A DNA stretch of 57,057 bases, from assembly GCA_964596545.1 (NCBI GenBank), contig CAZQUP010000004.1:15868-72924 (forward strand). Direction: 5' to 3'. The position numbers and the translations under genes are program-made. This DNA comes from an uncultured Desulfatibacillum sp. (GTDB lineage Bacteria; Desulfobacterota; Desulfobacteria; Desulfobacterales; SpSt-501). How positions within the stretch are numbered: position 1 is the stretch's first letter; the number at the start of each line of letters is the position of its first letter. Under the pieces are notes generated by a model. The model did no database searches, had not been told where the DNA came from, and saw only the letters and a list, made by a program, of their open reading frames with translations. This document shows, in pieces, positions 26,723 to 36,400 of this stretch.

Positions 26723-26976
26723 TCCCGCCGAAATGAGGCCCCGCCCCTATGGACAAAGACTGCATCCCGCCTCATAAACCATCCAGGAGGCAAATGAATC
26801 GACTGGAGGGAAGGAGCGGAGGTCTAAACAACCCGCGCAAGAGGATCTCCTGAGCGCGCACGAAGCCGGTGGCGGAGAGGGACCGGAAGCGAGGTGCCGC
26901 CGCAGCGCTGCAGCGGGCGGCGGGCGAGATCCTCGCGGAAAGCCGGGCGGCGGCAACGCCGGGAAAGGAGGAGATC

Positions 26977-27414
26977 GTGTTTCGTCATCTTCTGCTCCCC
27001 ACGGACGGTTCGGAACTCTCCCAAAACGCGGCCCGAAAGGGCATCCAGCTCGCCCGCCGCCTCGGGGCCGGAGCGACGGCGATCTTTGTCATTCCAGCCA
27101 CCTTCCGCGTTTACGAAGGAAGCGACAGCCCGATGGATTTGCGCGACAAGCTTCAGACCCACTGGCGGCAACTCGCGGAAAACGCGCTTCGAGGGCTGCG
27201 GGAGACCGCCGCCGCGGAAGGGGGGGATTGTGAGACCCTCGTCGTCAACCACGATCAACCCTGGCGGGCCATCATTGAGACGGCGACGAAGCAGGGCTGC
27301 GATCTCATTCTGATGGCTTCGCACGGGCGGCGCGGCGTCAGCGCGCTGCTGCTGGGCAGCGAAACCCAGAAGGTGCTGACCCATTCCTCCATCCCCGTTC
27401 TGGTGTATCGGTGA
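26977..27414 (+). CDS. universal stress protein (UspA family)
   Basis: GTG start after GGAAAGGAGGAG. 'FRHLLLPTDGSE.S', 'DLILM.SHGR.G......GS.T..V..HS..PVLV'. Confidence 0.85.
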   Translation: MFRHLLLPTDGSELSQNAARKGIQLARRLGAGATAIFVIPATFRVYEGSDSPMDLRDKLQTHWRQLAENALRGLRETAAAEGGDCETLVVNHDQPWRAIIETATKQGCDLILMASHGRRGVSALLLGSETQKVLTHSSIPVLVYR

Positions 27415-27504
27415 AGCCCACGGCTTCGCGCAGCCGGGGGTGCAGGGGTCCGCAGGCTTCGCCGGTCGCCTTGGGTCACGCCGGCGGACGAAAGGAGCCC
27501 GAAG

Positions 27505-27810
27505 ATGGAAAAACGATCCGCCCTCCGACGCCGCGTCTCCACCACCATCGTCTGTTCGCGCCTGCAGTCCCACCCCCGGACCGAAGAGATCGAGGGGACC
27601 CTTCGCAACTGCTGCGAAAACGGATTTGCGGCCGATCTGCGCTCGCCGGTCGCCCCCGGAACGATCGTTCTCGTCCGAACCGCCGGCCGCGCGGGATCGC
27701 CGGCACCCGCGCGCACCGTGGCCTTGGCGGAGGTTCGCTGGCTGAAGCTCCGTCCCCGGGGGGAGGAGATCTGGTACGAGGCGGGATTGCGCTACCTGCC
27801 TTCCTATTGA
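27505..27810 (+). CDS. PilZ-like domain protein (degenerate motif)
   Basis: 'LRRRVS' (RxxxR-like) and 'NCCENGFA', where Cys replaces the Ser of NxSxxG. 101 aa, with a GGAG upstream. Confidence 0.5.
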   Translation: MEKRSALRRRVSTTIVCSRLQSHPRTEEIEGTLRNCCENGFAADLRSPVAPGTIVLVRTAGRAGSPAPARTVALAEVRWLKLRPRGEEIWYEAGLRYLPSY

Positions 27811-27838
27811 CGCGGAAGGCCAGGCCCGCCCGCCGCCC

Positions 27839-28669
27839 TCAAGGGACGGAAGCGTAAAGCTCCGGGCGACGACGAGGTAAAAAATAGCGCAGCGGGTGGC
27901 TGCGGACCTGGGCCAAGCGGCGTTCCTCGAACTCGAAGATCATCATCCCTTCCCCTCCGCCGTGCTCGGCCAGGACCCGACCCTCCGGACCGATCGCGAG
28001 AGCCACACCCGGAAAATGAAGGCCGGCGCCGTTTTCCCCGACGGGGTTGCAGGCGACGACATAGACTCCGTTGTCGAAGGCCCGCGCGGGAAGATGCCGC
28101 AGCCAGGAAACGCGCTTTTCCTCCGGGCTGCCGTGCGGCGAGGCATGCGGGATGAACAGCAGGTCCGCTCCCTCAAGCGCCATCCGCGTGGAGAGCTCCG
28201 GGAAATGCGCGTCGTAACAGAGTTGAATGCCGAAGCGCATGCCGGCGGCCGAAAAGAGCGGCACGGTGTCTCCGGCGCGGAACAGGGCTTCCTCCGGGGG
28301 GGCGATGTGCAGCTTGCGGTAGGAGCCGATCACGCCCTCCGGGCCGGCGACGAGATGGGTGGCATACAGGCCGCCGCCGGGAGCACGCTCCGCAAAACCC
28401 GCGAGCACGACCCTGCCGTAACGCGCGGCCATCTCCGCGATCCGCTCCGGGATCGCGGCACCGCAGGCATCGATCTCGGCCGCGAAGCCGGGATCGACGC
28501 CGTAGCCGGTGACGTTCATCTCGGGGAAGCAGACCAGCTCGGCATCTTTCCGCCTCGCCGCCGCAACCCACGCCTCCATCCGTTCCAGGGTCTCCGCCGC
28601 CCTGCGGCGCGGTGCCGCCAGAACGACGGCGGCGATCCGTCGCGTCTTCATCGCGCGGGCTTCAGACAT
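27839..28669 (-). CDS. carbon-nitrogen hydrolase (nitrilase superfamily)
   Basis: The Glu-Lys-Cys triad appears in context: 'CFPEM', 'YRKLHI', 'IQLCYD'. Confidence 0.85.
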   Translation of the reverse strand: MSEARAMKTRRIAAVVLAAPRRRAAETLERMEAWVAAARRKDAELVCFPEMNVTGYGVDPGFAAEIDACGAAIPERIAEMAARYGRVVLAGFAERAPGGGLYATHLVAGPEGVIGSYRKLHIAPPEEALFRAGDTVPLFSAAGMRFGIQLCYDAHFPELSTRMALEGADLLFIPHASPHGSPEEKRVSWLRHLPARAFDNGVYVVACNPVGENGAGLHFPGVALAIGPEGRVLAEHGGGEGMMIFEFEERRLAQVRSHPLRYFLPRRRPELYASVP

Positions 28670-29132
28670 CGAAATGAGCCCGGATCTTGAATACCCGGGT
28701 GGCGGGGAGGTTCAAAATGTCCGTCACCCCCGTCTCCGCCCGGAGGCGCTCGAGTTTCTCCTCGATTTCCGCCATGGATGGGGCGATGAAGGTGAACCAG
28801 ACGTTCCAGGCGTTTTCGCGCCGGTAGTTGTGGGTGACGCCGGGGTGGCGGTTCACGGCCTCGATGAAGAGGGGCAGCCGGTCCTCGGGCACACGGGCGG
28901 CGCAAAGGGTACTCACGTAACCCAGCCGGTCGGGGACGAAATTGCCTCCGATGCGACGGATCCAGCCCTTCGCCTTGAGCCGTTGGACCCGCCGGATCAT
29001 CTCCTCCTCGGAGAGGCCCAGCTCGGAGGCGAGCACGAGGTAAGGCCTCGCCTCGATCGGAAAATCCGACTGGATCCGGTTGAGGATCCGGCGATCGGTC
29101 TCATCCCAGTCGTTTTCCCCGCCGGGCATCAT
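28662..29132 (-). CDS. Lrp/AsnC-type protein of the NirD/AhbA-AhbB (siroheme decarboxylase) family
   Basis: 'DRRILNRIQSDFPIEARPYLVLASELGLSEEEMIRRVQRL...G.IRR' followed by '.V..HP.VTHNY.R'. Only one copy is present, whereas AhbA/B normally come as a pair. Confidence 0.65.
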   Translation of the reverse strand: MMPGGENDWDETDRRILNRIQSDFPIEARPYLVLASELGLSEEEMIRRVQRLKAKGWIRRIGGNFVPDRLGYVSTLCAARVPEDRLPLFIEAVNRHPGVTHNYRRENAWNVWFTFIAPSMAEIEEKLERLRAETGVTDILNLPATRVFKIRAHFDV

Positions 29133-29551
29133 CGGTTTCGCCGTGGCCCCTCCCCCTCGGCCGCCGGGATCCAGTGCAGATGCACGCGGCGCTCCCGCGG
29201 GCCGTCGAACTCGCAGAAAAACACCCCCTGCCAGGTCCCCAGCGCCAGGCGGCCGTCCTCGATCGCCACCAGCTGGGAGCCGCCCGTGAACAGGGCCTTG
29301 AGGTGGGCCGGGGCATTGCCTTCGCGGTGGCGCCAGGGCGCTTCCGCGGGCGCAAGCCGCTCGAGGGCGGCAAGCAGGTCTTCGGCGACATCCGGATCGG
29401 CGTTCTCGTTGATCGTCAGTCCCGCCGTGGTGTGGGGGACGAAGAGCAGCAGGATCCCCTCGCGCAGCCCGCGCTCGGCGATCCAGCGGTTGAGCGCCTG
29501 GGTGATGTCCACAAATTCGGACCTGCGGCGTGTGCGGAGGGTGAGCACCAT
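29129..29551 (-). CDS. YjbQ/UPF0047-family protein (secondary thiamine-phosphate synthase)
   Basis: 'HTTAGLTINENADPDV..D', 'N..AHLKA' and 'G.LALGTWQG..F.EFDGPR.R'. The start is at the internal ATG 29551. It overlaps the next gene by 4 nt. Confidence 0.8.
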   Translation of the reverse strand: MVLTLRTRRRSEFVDITQALNRWIAERGLREGILLLFVPHTTAGLTINENADPDVAEDLLAALERLAPAEAPWRHREGNAPAHLKALFTGGSQLVAIEDGRLALGTWQGVFFCEFDGPRERRVHLHWIPAAEGEGPRRNR

Positions 29552-29573
29552 GCCGTTTTCAGCCCTGCCAAGT

Positions 29574-29608
29574 GCAAAGCCCCGCCGCGGGAATCGGCGG
29601 GGCTTTGC
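29574..29608 (-). terminator. 14-bp GC-rich hairpin downstream of dsrC
   Basis: GCAAAGCCCCGCCG-N7-CGGCGGGGCUUUGC is a perfect stem, checked base by base. It begins about 35 nt after the dsrC stop. The only U-tract is the UUU inside the 3' arm. Confidence 0.5.
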
Positions 29609-29642
29609 CGGGTCGAGGATGTATCGCGGACGCGGGAAGGGC

Positions 29643-29960
29643 TTACACGCAACCCGTCGGCTTGGGCAGACCCGCCATCTTGCAGGCACCCTTGCCCGGC
29701 CCGGAGGGAAACAGCTCGTAGATCTGCTTCAGCTTGAAGCCGGTGACCTTGGAGAGCACGCGCACCATGGGGGCGATGCCGTTCTTTTCGTAGTAATCCC
29801 GCAGCACCTCGATGATCTTCTTGTGATCCTCGGTGAGCTCCTCGATTCCTTCCTGGCTCTTCACGTACTGGACCCACTCCGGGCACCAGTTCGCATACGA
29901 ATCGATGAAGCCGTCTTCATCCACGTTGAACGTCTTTCCCATCCATTCGACTGTCGGCAT
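29643..29960 (-). CDS. dsrC: DsrC (dissimilatory sulfite reductase gamma/TusE family, two-Cys C-terminal arm)
   Basis: 105 aa from 'MPTVEWMGKTF' after AAAGGAGGA. The canonical C-terminus is '...GKGACKMAGLPKPTGCV'. Confidence 0.93.
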   Translation of the reverse strand: MPTVEWMGKTFNVDEDGFIDSYANWCPEWVQYVKSQEGIEELTEDHKKIIEVLRDYYEKNGIAPMVRVLSKVTGFKLKQIYELFPSGPGKGACKMAGLPKPTGCV

Positions 29961-30040
29961 GAAATCTGTCCTCCTTTGCTGGATTTCGACGTTGAACAAG
30001 GCGGTCGGCCTGTGACGCCGGGTGCAGGCTCAGCCGGTAC

Positions 30041-30069
30041 TGTGTAGAAGAACGACCCGTTCCTGTCAA
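30041..30069 (-). promoter_or_regulatory. candidate promoter TTGACA-N17-TACACA for dsrC
   Basis: Perfect -35 hexamer read on the minus strand, lying in the 175-nt gap upstream of dsrC. Confidence 0.3.
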
Positions 30070-30135
30070 GAGCGCGGGGGCTCCGGCCGATCCCCCGACG
30101 GCTCCGGCAGCCTCGGCAGAAGAGGTCGGCCGAGA

Positions 30136-31035
30136 TCAGTACTCGCGCGGCGTCCGGTTGAGCTGCTCCAGGGTGAAGACCGGACCGTCCTTGCAGACGA
30201 ACTCTTTGCCGATGTTGCAGCGACCGCACATTCCGATCCCGCATTTCATGCGGTTTTCGAGGGACATGATGATGCGGTCGTTGGGATAGCCCAGCTTCTC
30301 CAGGACCGGCAGGGTGAACTTGATCATGATCGGCGGTCCGCAGATGATGGCGTAGGTGTCCTCGCCGGCCGGCGGCGCTTTTTTTTCCGTGATCGCAGGC
30401 ACGAAGCCGACGTTGTACTTCCAGCCGGGATCCTGGGTCGCATCCACCGTGATGTGCATGTGGATGTCGTCGCGCCGCTCCCAGGCGGCGAGCTCCTCGC
30501 GGTAGAGGAGCATCCCCGGCGTGCGCGCACCGTAGATCACGTGGATCTCCCCGAATCGGCCGCGGTTGGCGGGGTCGAGCATGTAGACGATCGAGGAGCG
30601 CAACGTCGTGAAGGCAAACCCCCCTCCGATGATGACGACGTTTTTGCCCTCCATCCGCTCCCAGGGATACCAGTTGCCCAGGGGCCCACGGATGCCCATC
30701 ACGTCGCCGGCCTTCATGCTGTGCAAGTGCGAGGAGACCAGGCCGACCTTGTTGACGGTGAACATGACGAAGCCTTTTTCGGTCGGCGAGGAGGCGATCC
30801 CGATCGGGATCTCGCCCTTGCCGGCGATCGACAGCTCCGCGAACTGACCGGCCCGATAGGAAAAGCGCTCCTCGTCGCCGGGGTTCAGGAACGTGAAGCG
30901 GAACGTCTTGAGGTTGCGGTCCTCGGTTTCGACCGTGACGGCGTCGATGCGCACCGGGTAGGGTTGATACGGGTTTCGCACGGCAGGCTCTCCTGGGGGC
31001 TCAGGGAATCGCACAGGCTTCGCCGGAGACGGCAT
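30136..31035 (-). CDS. FlxA-like FAD/NAD(P)-binding oxidoreductase with C-terminal [2Fe-2S] (sulfhydrogenase gamma / AsrB-like)
   Basis: 'RAGQF', 'GPLGN', 'VVIIGGG.AF' and 'C..G.C.RC' at the C-terminus. An alternative GTG start at 30981 (AGGAGA plus 7 nt) would remove the 35-nt overlap with the upstream gene. Confidence 0.85.
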   Translation of the reverse strand: MPSPAKPVRFPEPPGEPAVRNPYQPYPVRIDAVTVETEDRNLKTFRFTFLNPGDEERFSYRAGQFAELSIAGKGEIPIGIASSPTEKGFVMFTVNKVGLVSSHLHSMKAGDVMGIRGPLGNWYPWERMEGKNVVIIGGGFAFTTLRSSIVYMLDPANRGRFGEIHVIYGARTPGMLLYREELAAWERRDDIHMHITVDATQDPGWKYNVGFVPAITEKKAPPAGEDTYAIICGPPIMIKFTLPVLEKLGYPNDRIIMSLENRMKCGIGMCGRCNIGKEFVCKDGPVFTLEQLNRTPREY

Positions 31036-32068
31036 AGCCGTTCATCATGTTGCAGACGCGTCGAATGTCGATGTTCACGGGGCACAGCCGCACGCAGCGG
31101 CCGCAGCCGACGCACTGGATCCCGCGGTCGTACTTTTCGACGAAGTACTTGAGCTTGTGCATGAAACGCTGGCGCACGCGGTGGAGCTTCGTCCCGCGCG
31201 GGTTGTGCCCCGACCCGTGCAGGGTAAACAGCGGGTACATGCAAGAATCCCAGAGCTTGAGGCGCACGCCGGTCTTCCCGCGGGTCTCGTCCTGGATGTC
31301 GAAGCACCAGCAGGTGGGACACGAGTAGGTGCACGTGCCGCAGTTGATGCAGGCAAAGGAAACCTCGTCCCAGAACGGCGCGTTGTAGAGATCGTTCACG
31401 GGGATGGACTTCAGATGCTCGGTCTGGACGAAGGAGGTGATCCGGCCCTCGACGGCACGGACGAGTTCCTGGAGGGCGGCTTCCGTTCCGTCCGGGGCCC
31501 GTTTCTCCCAGCCCGCCGCGCGGGCGAAGGCCTCGCCCTTCGGAGTGAGCACCTTCGCGGTATACCCCTCGCCCGTCTCAGCGAGGAGGATGTCCAGCCC
31601 CTCCTCGTGGAAGGGGCCGCAGCCCGCCGTAGTGCAAAAACAGGAACTGCAAGGGGCGTTGCATCCCAGACCAATGAGGGTCGTCGCCTCGTAAGCCCTG
31701 AGCCAGTAAGGATCCTGCACATCAGGGGTGTCGAAGTTGAGGCGCACCAAGACGAAGGCTTTGGCGTCGCAAGGCCGGATGCCCACCACGGCCGTAGGCG
31801 GGATGTCCCGGGCGACCTCCCGGAGAAGATGGCGATCCTCGCGGGTCTCGTCGAGGGTGTAGGTGAACATCGGCTCGGTCTGCGGATAGATGACGTGCTT
31901 GGGGGAAAGCCGGCTGTTCTGGAAAGCGAAATCGGGCAGCTGCCCGGCGGCCAGCGGCCGGAAGCTGTGAAACTCCTTTTCCTTGACCGGCCCGATCAGG
32001 CGGTAGTCCCCGGAGGCCCGTTTCAGCCCCTCCTCCCAGGCCCGGCGGTCGATCAGCAGCATCCTCAT
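31001..32068 (-). CDS. FlxB-like 4Fe-4S protein (sulfhydrogenase beta / AsrA-like)
   Basis: 'CINCGTCTYSCPTCWCFD' and 'CVGCGRCVRLCP', plus the central Cys cluster 'CNAPCSSCFCT'. Confidence 0.8.
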   Translation of the reverse strand: MRMLLIDRRAWEEGLKRASGDYRLIGPVKEKEFHSFRPLAAGQLPDFAFQNSRLSPKHVIYPQTEPMFTYTLDETREDRHLLREVARDIPPTAVVGIRPCDAKAFVLVRLNFDTPDVQDPYWLRAYEATTLIGLGCNAPCSSCFCTTAGCGPFHEEGLDILLAETGEGYTAKVLTPKGEAFARAAGWEKRAPDGTEAALQELVRAVEGRITSFVQTEHLKSIPVNDLYNAPFWDEVSFACINCGTCTYSCPTCWCFDIQDETRGKTGVRLKLWDSCMYPLFTLHGSGHNPRGTKLHRVRQRFMHKLKYFVEKYDRGIQCVGCGRCVRLCPVNIDIRRVCNMMNGYAVSGEACAIP

Positions 32069-32093
32069 GGCGGGTTCCTTTGCGACGAAGACG

Positions 32094-33041
32094 TCAACGG
32101 ATGAAATCGTTCGGGTCGTTCGGCCGGTACTGGTCGAGCGCCGGCCGCGCCTCGAGGCTCAGGCCGGCTTCCCAGCCGAAAAGCTCCCGGCAGTCCTTCT
32201 CGAGTTTTTTCGTGAACAGGCGCATGTTGATCCCCACCGGGCAGGCGCGCTCGCAGGCACCGCAGTCCGTGCAGCGGCCGGCGCAGTGATAGGCCCGCAG
32301 GAAATGAAAGGTGCGCACATCGATCGGGTCCTGGCCCTTGCCCACCCACTGGGGACGCGACTCGTCCACGAAGCAGGTCGGACAGTAGCACAGCGGGCAG
32401 GCGTTGCGGCAGGCGTAGCAGCGGATGCAGGGAGCGAGAAGATCCTCGAAATACTTCCAGCGCTGCTCGGGGCTCATGTCCTCGACGGCGCGCACGTCGG
32501 CGTAGCGGTCCACCCCCTGTTGCTCCTCCACGAGATCGCCGGCCAGCTCGTCGTAGATCACCGGGTTGCGGTGGATACAGAGGCTGCAGTTGTGCTGGAG
32601 CACGTCGGCCTTTTCGAAGGTCCGGCTGAAACCCTCGCCCTCGGCGGTGATCGCGGTCGCGGTTTCGCTCACGCGGAGGATCTCGCCGGGGCACTTCATC
32701 GCGATCTTGCGCTTGTCGACCATCCCGCGGCAGGGGACCCCGATCACGACGAGCTGTTCGCGGCGGATCTTGTTCTCCAGGATGTGCGTCACGATGTTCC
32801 GCGAGTCGCATCCCTTGGCGACGATCCCGATTTTTTCCTTGCGGTCGGTCAGGTAGTTGGCGAGGTTGATGCCGCAGTGGCTGTCCCAGACGAGAAGCCC
32901 CACCTCGTCCGGTTTGCGCACGAAGCAGGGCTCGTTCATCATCGGAATCGTTCCCTGCCGGAAACCGATCACCATCTCCACCGCGCCGGAGGAAAGCAGC
33001 CGTGCGGCGATTTCGCGGAGGATTGCGGTTGTGCTCGTCAT
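32094..33041 (-). CDS. FlxC-like iron-sulfur protein (FrhB-like N-terminus plus Cys-rich 4Fe-4S region)
   Basis: 'CIRCYACRNACPLCYCPTCF' and 'CTDCGACERACPVGI'. It starts 1 nt after the mvhD stop. Confidence 0.7.
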   Translation of the reverse strand: MTSTTAILREIAARLLSSGAVEMVIGFRQGTIPMMNEPCFVRKPDEVGLLVWDSHCGINLANYLTDRKEKIGIVAKGCDSRNIVTHILENKIRREQLVVIGVPCRGMVDKRKIAMKCPGEILRVSETATAITAEGEGFSRTFEKADVLQHNCSLCIHRNPVIYDELAGDLVEEQQGVDRYADVRAVEDMSPEQRWKYFEDLLAPCIRCYACRNACPLCYCPTCFVDESRPQWVGKGQDPIDVRTFHFLRAYHCAGRCTDCGACERACPVGINMRLFTKKLEKDCRELFGWEAGLSLEARPALDQYRPNDPNDFIR

Positions 33042-33042
33042 G

Positions 33043-33477
33043 TCAGGCGACCTCGGCCAGTGGCGGCTGGATGAACCGCGTGTTCGGACCGAGCGCGCGG
33101 ACGGCCTCGACGACCTGGGTGGCGACCGTGACGAATTTGGTCGACTCCGCCGAGGAGATCCACGAGAAGTGCAGGCGTCCGGGCTCGATTCCCATGTGCT
33201 CCATCAGATTCTTGAACAGCGCGAATTTGCGACGGGCATAGTAATTACCTTCCAGGTAATGGCATTCCCCGGGGTGTCACCCGGAGACCCAGACGCCGTC
33301 GGCCCCCTCCCGCAGGGCGGCCAGGAAAAACTTGGGGCTCATGCGGCCGGTGCAGGGGATGCGGATCACGCGGATGTGCGGGGGGTACTCCATGCGGCCG
33401 ACCCCGGCCAGGTCCGCGGCCCCGTAGCTGCACCAGTTACACAGAAACGCGACGATCTTGGGTTCCCAGTCCGACAT
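33043..33477 (-). CDS. mvhD: MvhD/FlxD-type [2Fe-2S] protein containing selenocysteine (UGA at 33279..33277)
   Basis: '[25 protein letters not shown]...IRIPCTGR...[28 protein letters not shown]...' continues in the same frame to TGA at 33045..33043. Homologues have 'GC..G.CHY' at this position. GAGGAG SD after the hdrA stop. Confidence 0.85.
33244..33260 (-). promoter_or_regulatory. candidate SECIS hairpin for mvhD (AUUACC-UGGAA-GGUAAU)
   Basis: Perfect 6-bp stem with a 5-nt loop, starting 17 nt downstream of the in-frame UGA. This placement is compatible with a bacterial SECIS. Confidence 0.4.
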
Positions 33478-33491
33478 CGTGCCGTCTCCTC

Positions 33492-36400
33492 TCATACCGC
33501 TTCGCGCAGGCTGAAAATCTGGGCGAAGATCTGGTCGTTGTCGAATCCTTTCAGATGGATGGCCCCCGAGCGGCAGGAGGCCACGCACAGGCCGCAGCCC
33601 TTGCAGAGGACCGGGTTGATCTGCGCACGCTCGGCGAAGGGGCCCTTCTCGATCCACGAGGGAGCCGAGTAAGGGCAGATCGAGACGCACACCCCGCAGC
33701 GGCTGCACATCCGGGGGTCCACCTCGGCCACCGTCCCGCTCGTGTAAAGCGTCTTGCGCGCCAGCAGGGTGACGGCCCGGGAGGCCGCGGCCTGCCCCTG
33801 GGCGATCGCCTCGTCGATCGGCTTGGGGTAATGGGCGAGCCCGCAGAGGAAGACGCCGTCGGTGGCGAACTCCGAAGGGCCGAGCTTCGCATGCCGCTCG
33901 ACGAAGAAGCCGTCGGTGTTCAACGGCACCTTGAAAAACTGGGCAAGCGCCCCGTTGTCCTGCGGCAGGATCGCCGTGGCGAGCGTCACCACATCGGCTT
34001 CGAGCTCGAGCGCGCGGCCGAGGATGGGATCGAAGACCCCGACCAGGAGGCGTCCGCCCTCCACGCGCACCTCGGGTTTGCGCTCCCGGGAGAAGCGCAC
34101 GAAGATCACCCCGGACTCGCGCGCCTTCTTGTAGAGAAGCTCGCGCTCTCCGTAGGTGCGCATGTCCCGATAGAGCACGAAGACATTCATCTCCGGATTC
34201 AACTGCTTCAGGTGGATGGCGTTGTCCACGGCGTGCGTGCAGCAGACCCGCGAGCAGTAGGGTCGTTCGGGCTCGCGGGAGCCCACGCACTGAATGAAGA
34301 CCGCACTCGAGAGCTTTCCGAGCGCCGGGTCCCCATCGAGGATCCGGCGGTCGAGCTCCAGGGCGGTGAGAATCCGCGGGTCGGTCCCGTAGCCGTATTC
34401 GCTCGGCCGGTAGGGCCGGCCGCCGGTGGCGAGGATGGCGACTCCGTGTTCGACCTCCCGGGCGCCGTCTTTCCCCTGGAGGGTCGTCTTGAAGTTGCCG
34501 ACGAACCCCTCGACGCGCGCGATCTCGACCCCGAGGTGCACCTGAATGCGGGGATCCGCTTCGATCTCGGCGATCAGGGAAGAGAGAAGCTCCGGGACGT
34601 GTTCGCCGCGGGCGGTGCGGTGGAGGTTCCAGGCCTGTCCCCCGAGGCGGGACTCCTTCTCGACGAGATGGACCGTGTAGCCCTGACGCGCCAGGCTGCG
34701 GGCGGCGGCCATGCCGGAAAGCCCCCCCCCCACGACGAGAGCGCTCTGGTGGATTTCGAGTTCCGCCTCCTTGAGCGGGGAGAGCAGGGCCGCCTTTTCG
34801 ACCGCCATGCGCACGAGATCCTTCGCCTTGCGCGTGGCGAGCTCCGGACTGCTCTTGTGCACCCAGGAGTCCTGGTTGCGGATGTTGGCCATCTCGAAGA
34901 GGTATTTGTTCAAGCCGGCGTTGACGAGGGTCTCTTGGAACAGCGGCTCGTGGGTCTTCGGCGTGCAGGCCGCAACCACGACCCGGTTCAGGTTCTTCTC
35001 GCGGATGATCTTGGAGATGGTCTCCTGGGTGTCCTGGGAACAGGAGTACAGGTTGTCGGTGGCGAACTCGACGTAGGGCAGGGACTTCGCGTATTCGGCG
35101 ACCGCGGGGACATCGACCACGCCGGCGATGTTCGTCCCGCAACGGCAGACGAACACTCCGATCCGCGGCCGCTCGTTTGCCACGTTCACCTCGGGGACCT
35201 TTTCCTTCGTGCGCGTCCGGCTGCCTCGGGCGGGGGCGAGGACCTCTCCCGCCGCCGTCGCCGCAGCACTGGCGTCGATTACCGACTGAGGGATGTCCTT
35301 GGGGCCCTGGAAGGCGCCGCAGACGTAGATGCCCTCCCGCGAGGAGGCGACGGGGGTGAGGCTTGCGGTGCGGCAGAAACGGCCCGGGGTGAGCTCCAGC
35401 CCCAGGCGCCGGGCGAGGTCGAGCACCGGCGGGGACACCTCCATGCCGATCGAGAGCACGACGAGATCGAAAACCTCGGTGTGAAGGCTTCCATCTTCGG
35501 CGATGTAGCGCACCTCGAGATCGTCGCTCGTCCCCACCGGCGTCACCGAGTGCACGCGGCTGCGGATGAAGCGCACGCCGTGGCGTTCGCGGGCGTCATC
35601 GTAGAAACGTTCGAACTCCTTGCCGTGGGTGCGCATGTCCATGAAGAAGACCGCGCAGTCGAGCCCGGGACCCACGTGCTCCTTGGCGATCACCGCCTCC
35701 TTGACCGCGTACATGCAGCAGACCGCGGAGCAGTAGGCGTTGTCGCAGCGGTTCAAATCGCGCGAGCCCACGCACTGGAACCAGGCGATCTTCTTCGGCT
35801 CCCGGCCGTCCTTGGAGAGCCGCTTGACGTGGCCTTGCGTGGGCCCCGAAGCGGAGAGCATGCGCTCGAACTCCATGGCGGTCATGACGTTGGGCAGCTT
35901 CGCGTACTGGTAGTTGTCGTAGCGCGCCGGATCGAAGGGGACGAATCCCGGTGCGAGGACCACCGCGCCCACGCGCACCGTGGAGACCGCCGGTTTCTGG
36001 TCGAAATCCACGGCTCCCGTCGGGCAGATCTTCTTGCAGGCGCCGCATTTGCCTTTCTGCAGGAAAATGCACTCGTTCGGGTCGATCGCATACTTGAGCG
36101 GCACCGCCTGGGGGTACTCCACATAGGCGGCCTTACGCTTGGCCAGCCCCATGTTGTAGGTGTCCACGGTCTTCTTGGGGCATTTCTCGGCGCAGGCGCC
36201 GCAGCCGATGCACTTCTCCACGTCGATGTAGCGCGGGTGTTGCAACAGCTCGACTTCGAAATCCCCCGCCACGCCGCGGATGTCCTTCACCTCGGTGAGC
36301 GTTTTCAGCTCGATGTTCAAATGCCGGCCGACCTCGACCAGTTTGGGCGAGATGATTCACATCGCGCAGTCGCAGGTGGGAAAGGTCTTGTCCAGCTGCG

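Noticed and set aside
26794-26853. 19-codon mini-ORF (MNRLEGRSGGLNNPRKRIS) preceded by a perfect AGGAGG, a possible leader peptide upstream of the USP gene.
   Set aside because: The SD-to-ATG spacing is only 3 nt and the peptide has no regulatory codon pattern. There is not enough evidence to call it.
34722-34731. C10 homopolymer (G10 on the coding strand) inside hdrA, a possible slipped-strand phase-variation tract or sequencing error.
   Set aside because: It encodes the Gly run of the second Rossmann motif (VVGGGLSG), and the frame is intact on both sides.
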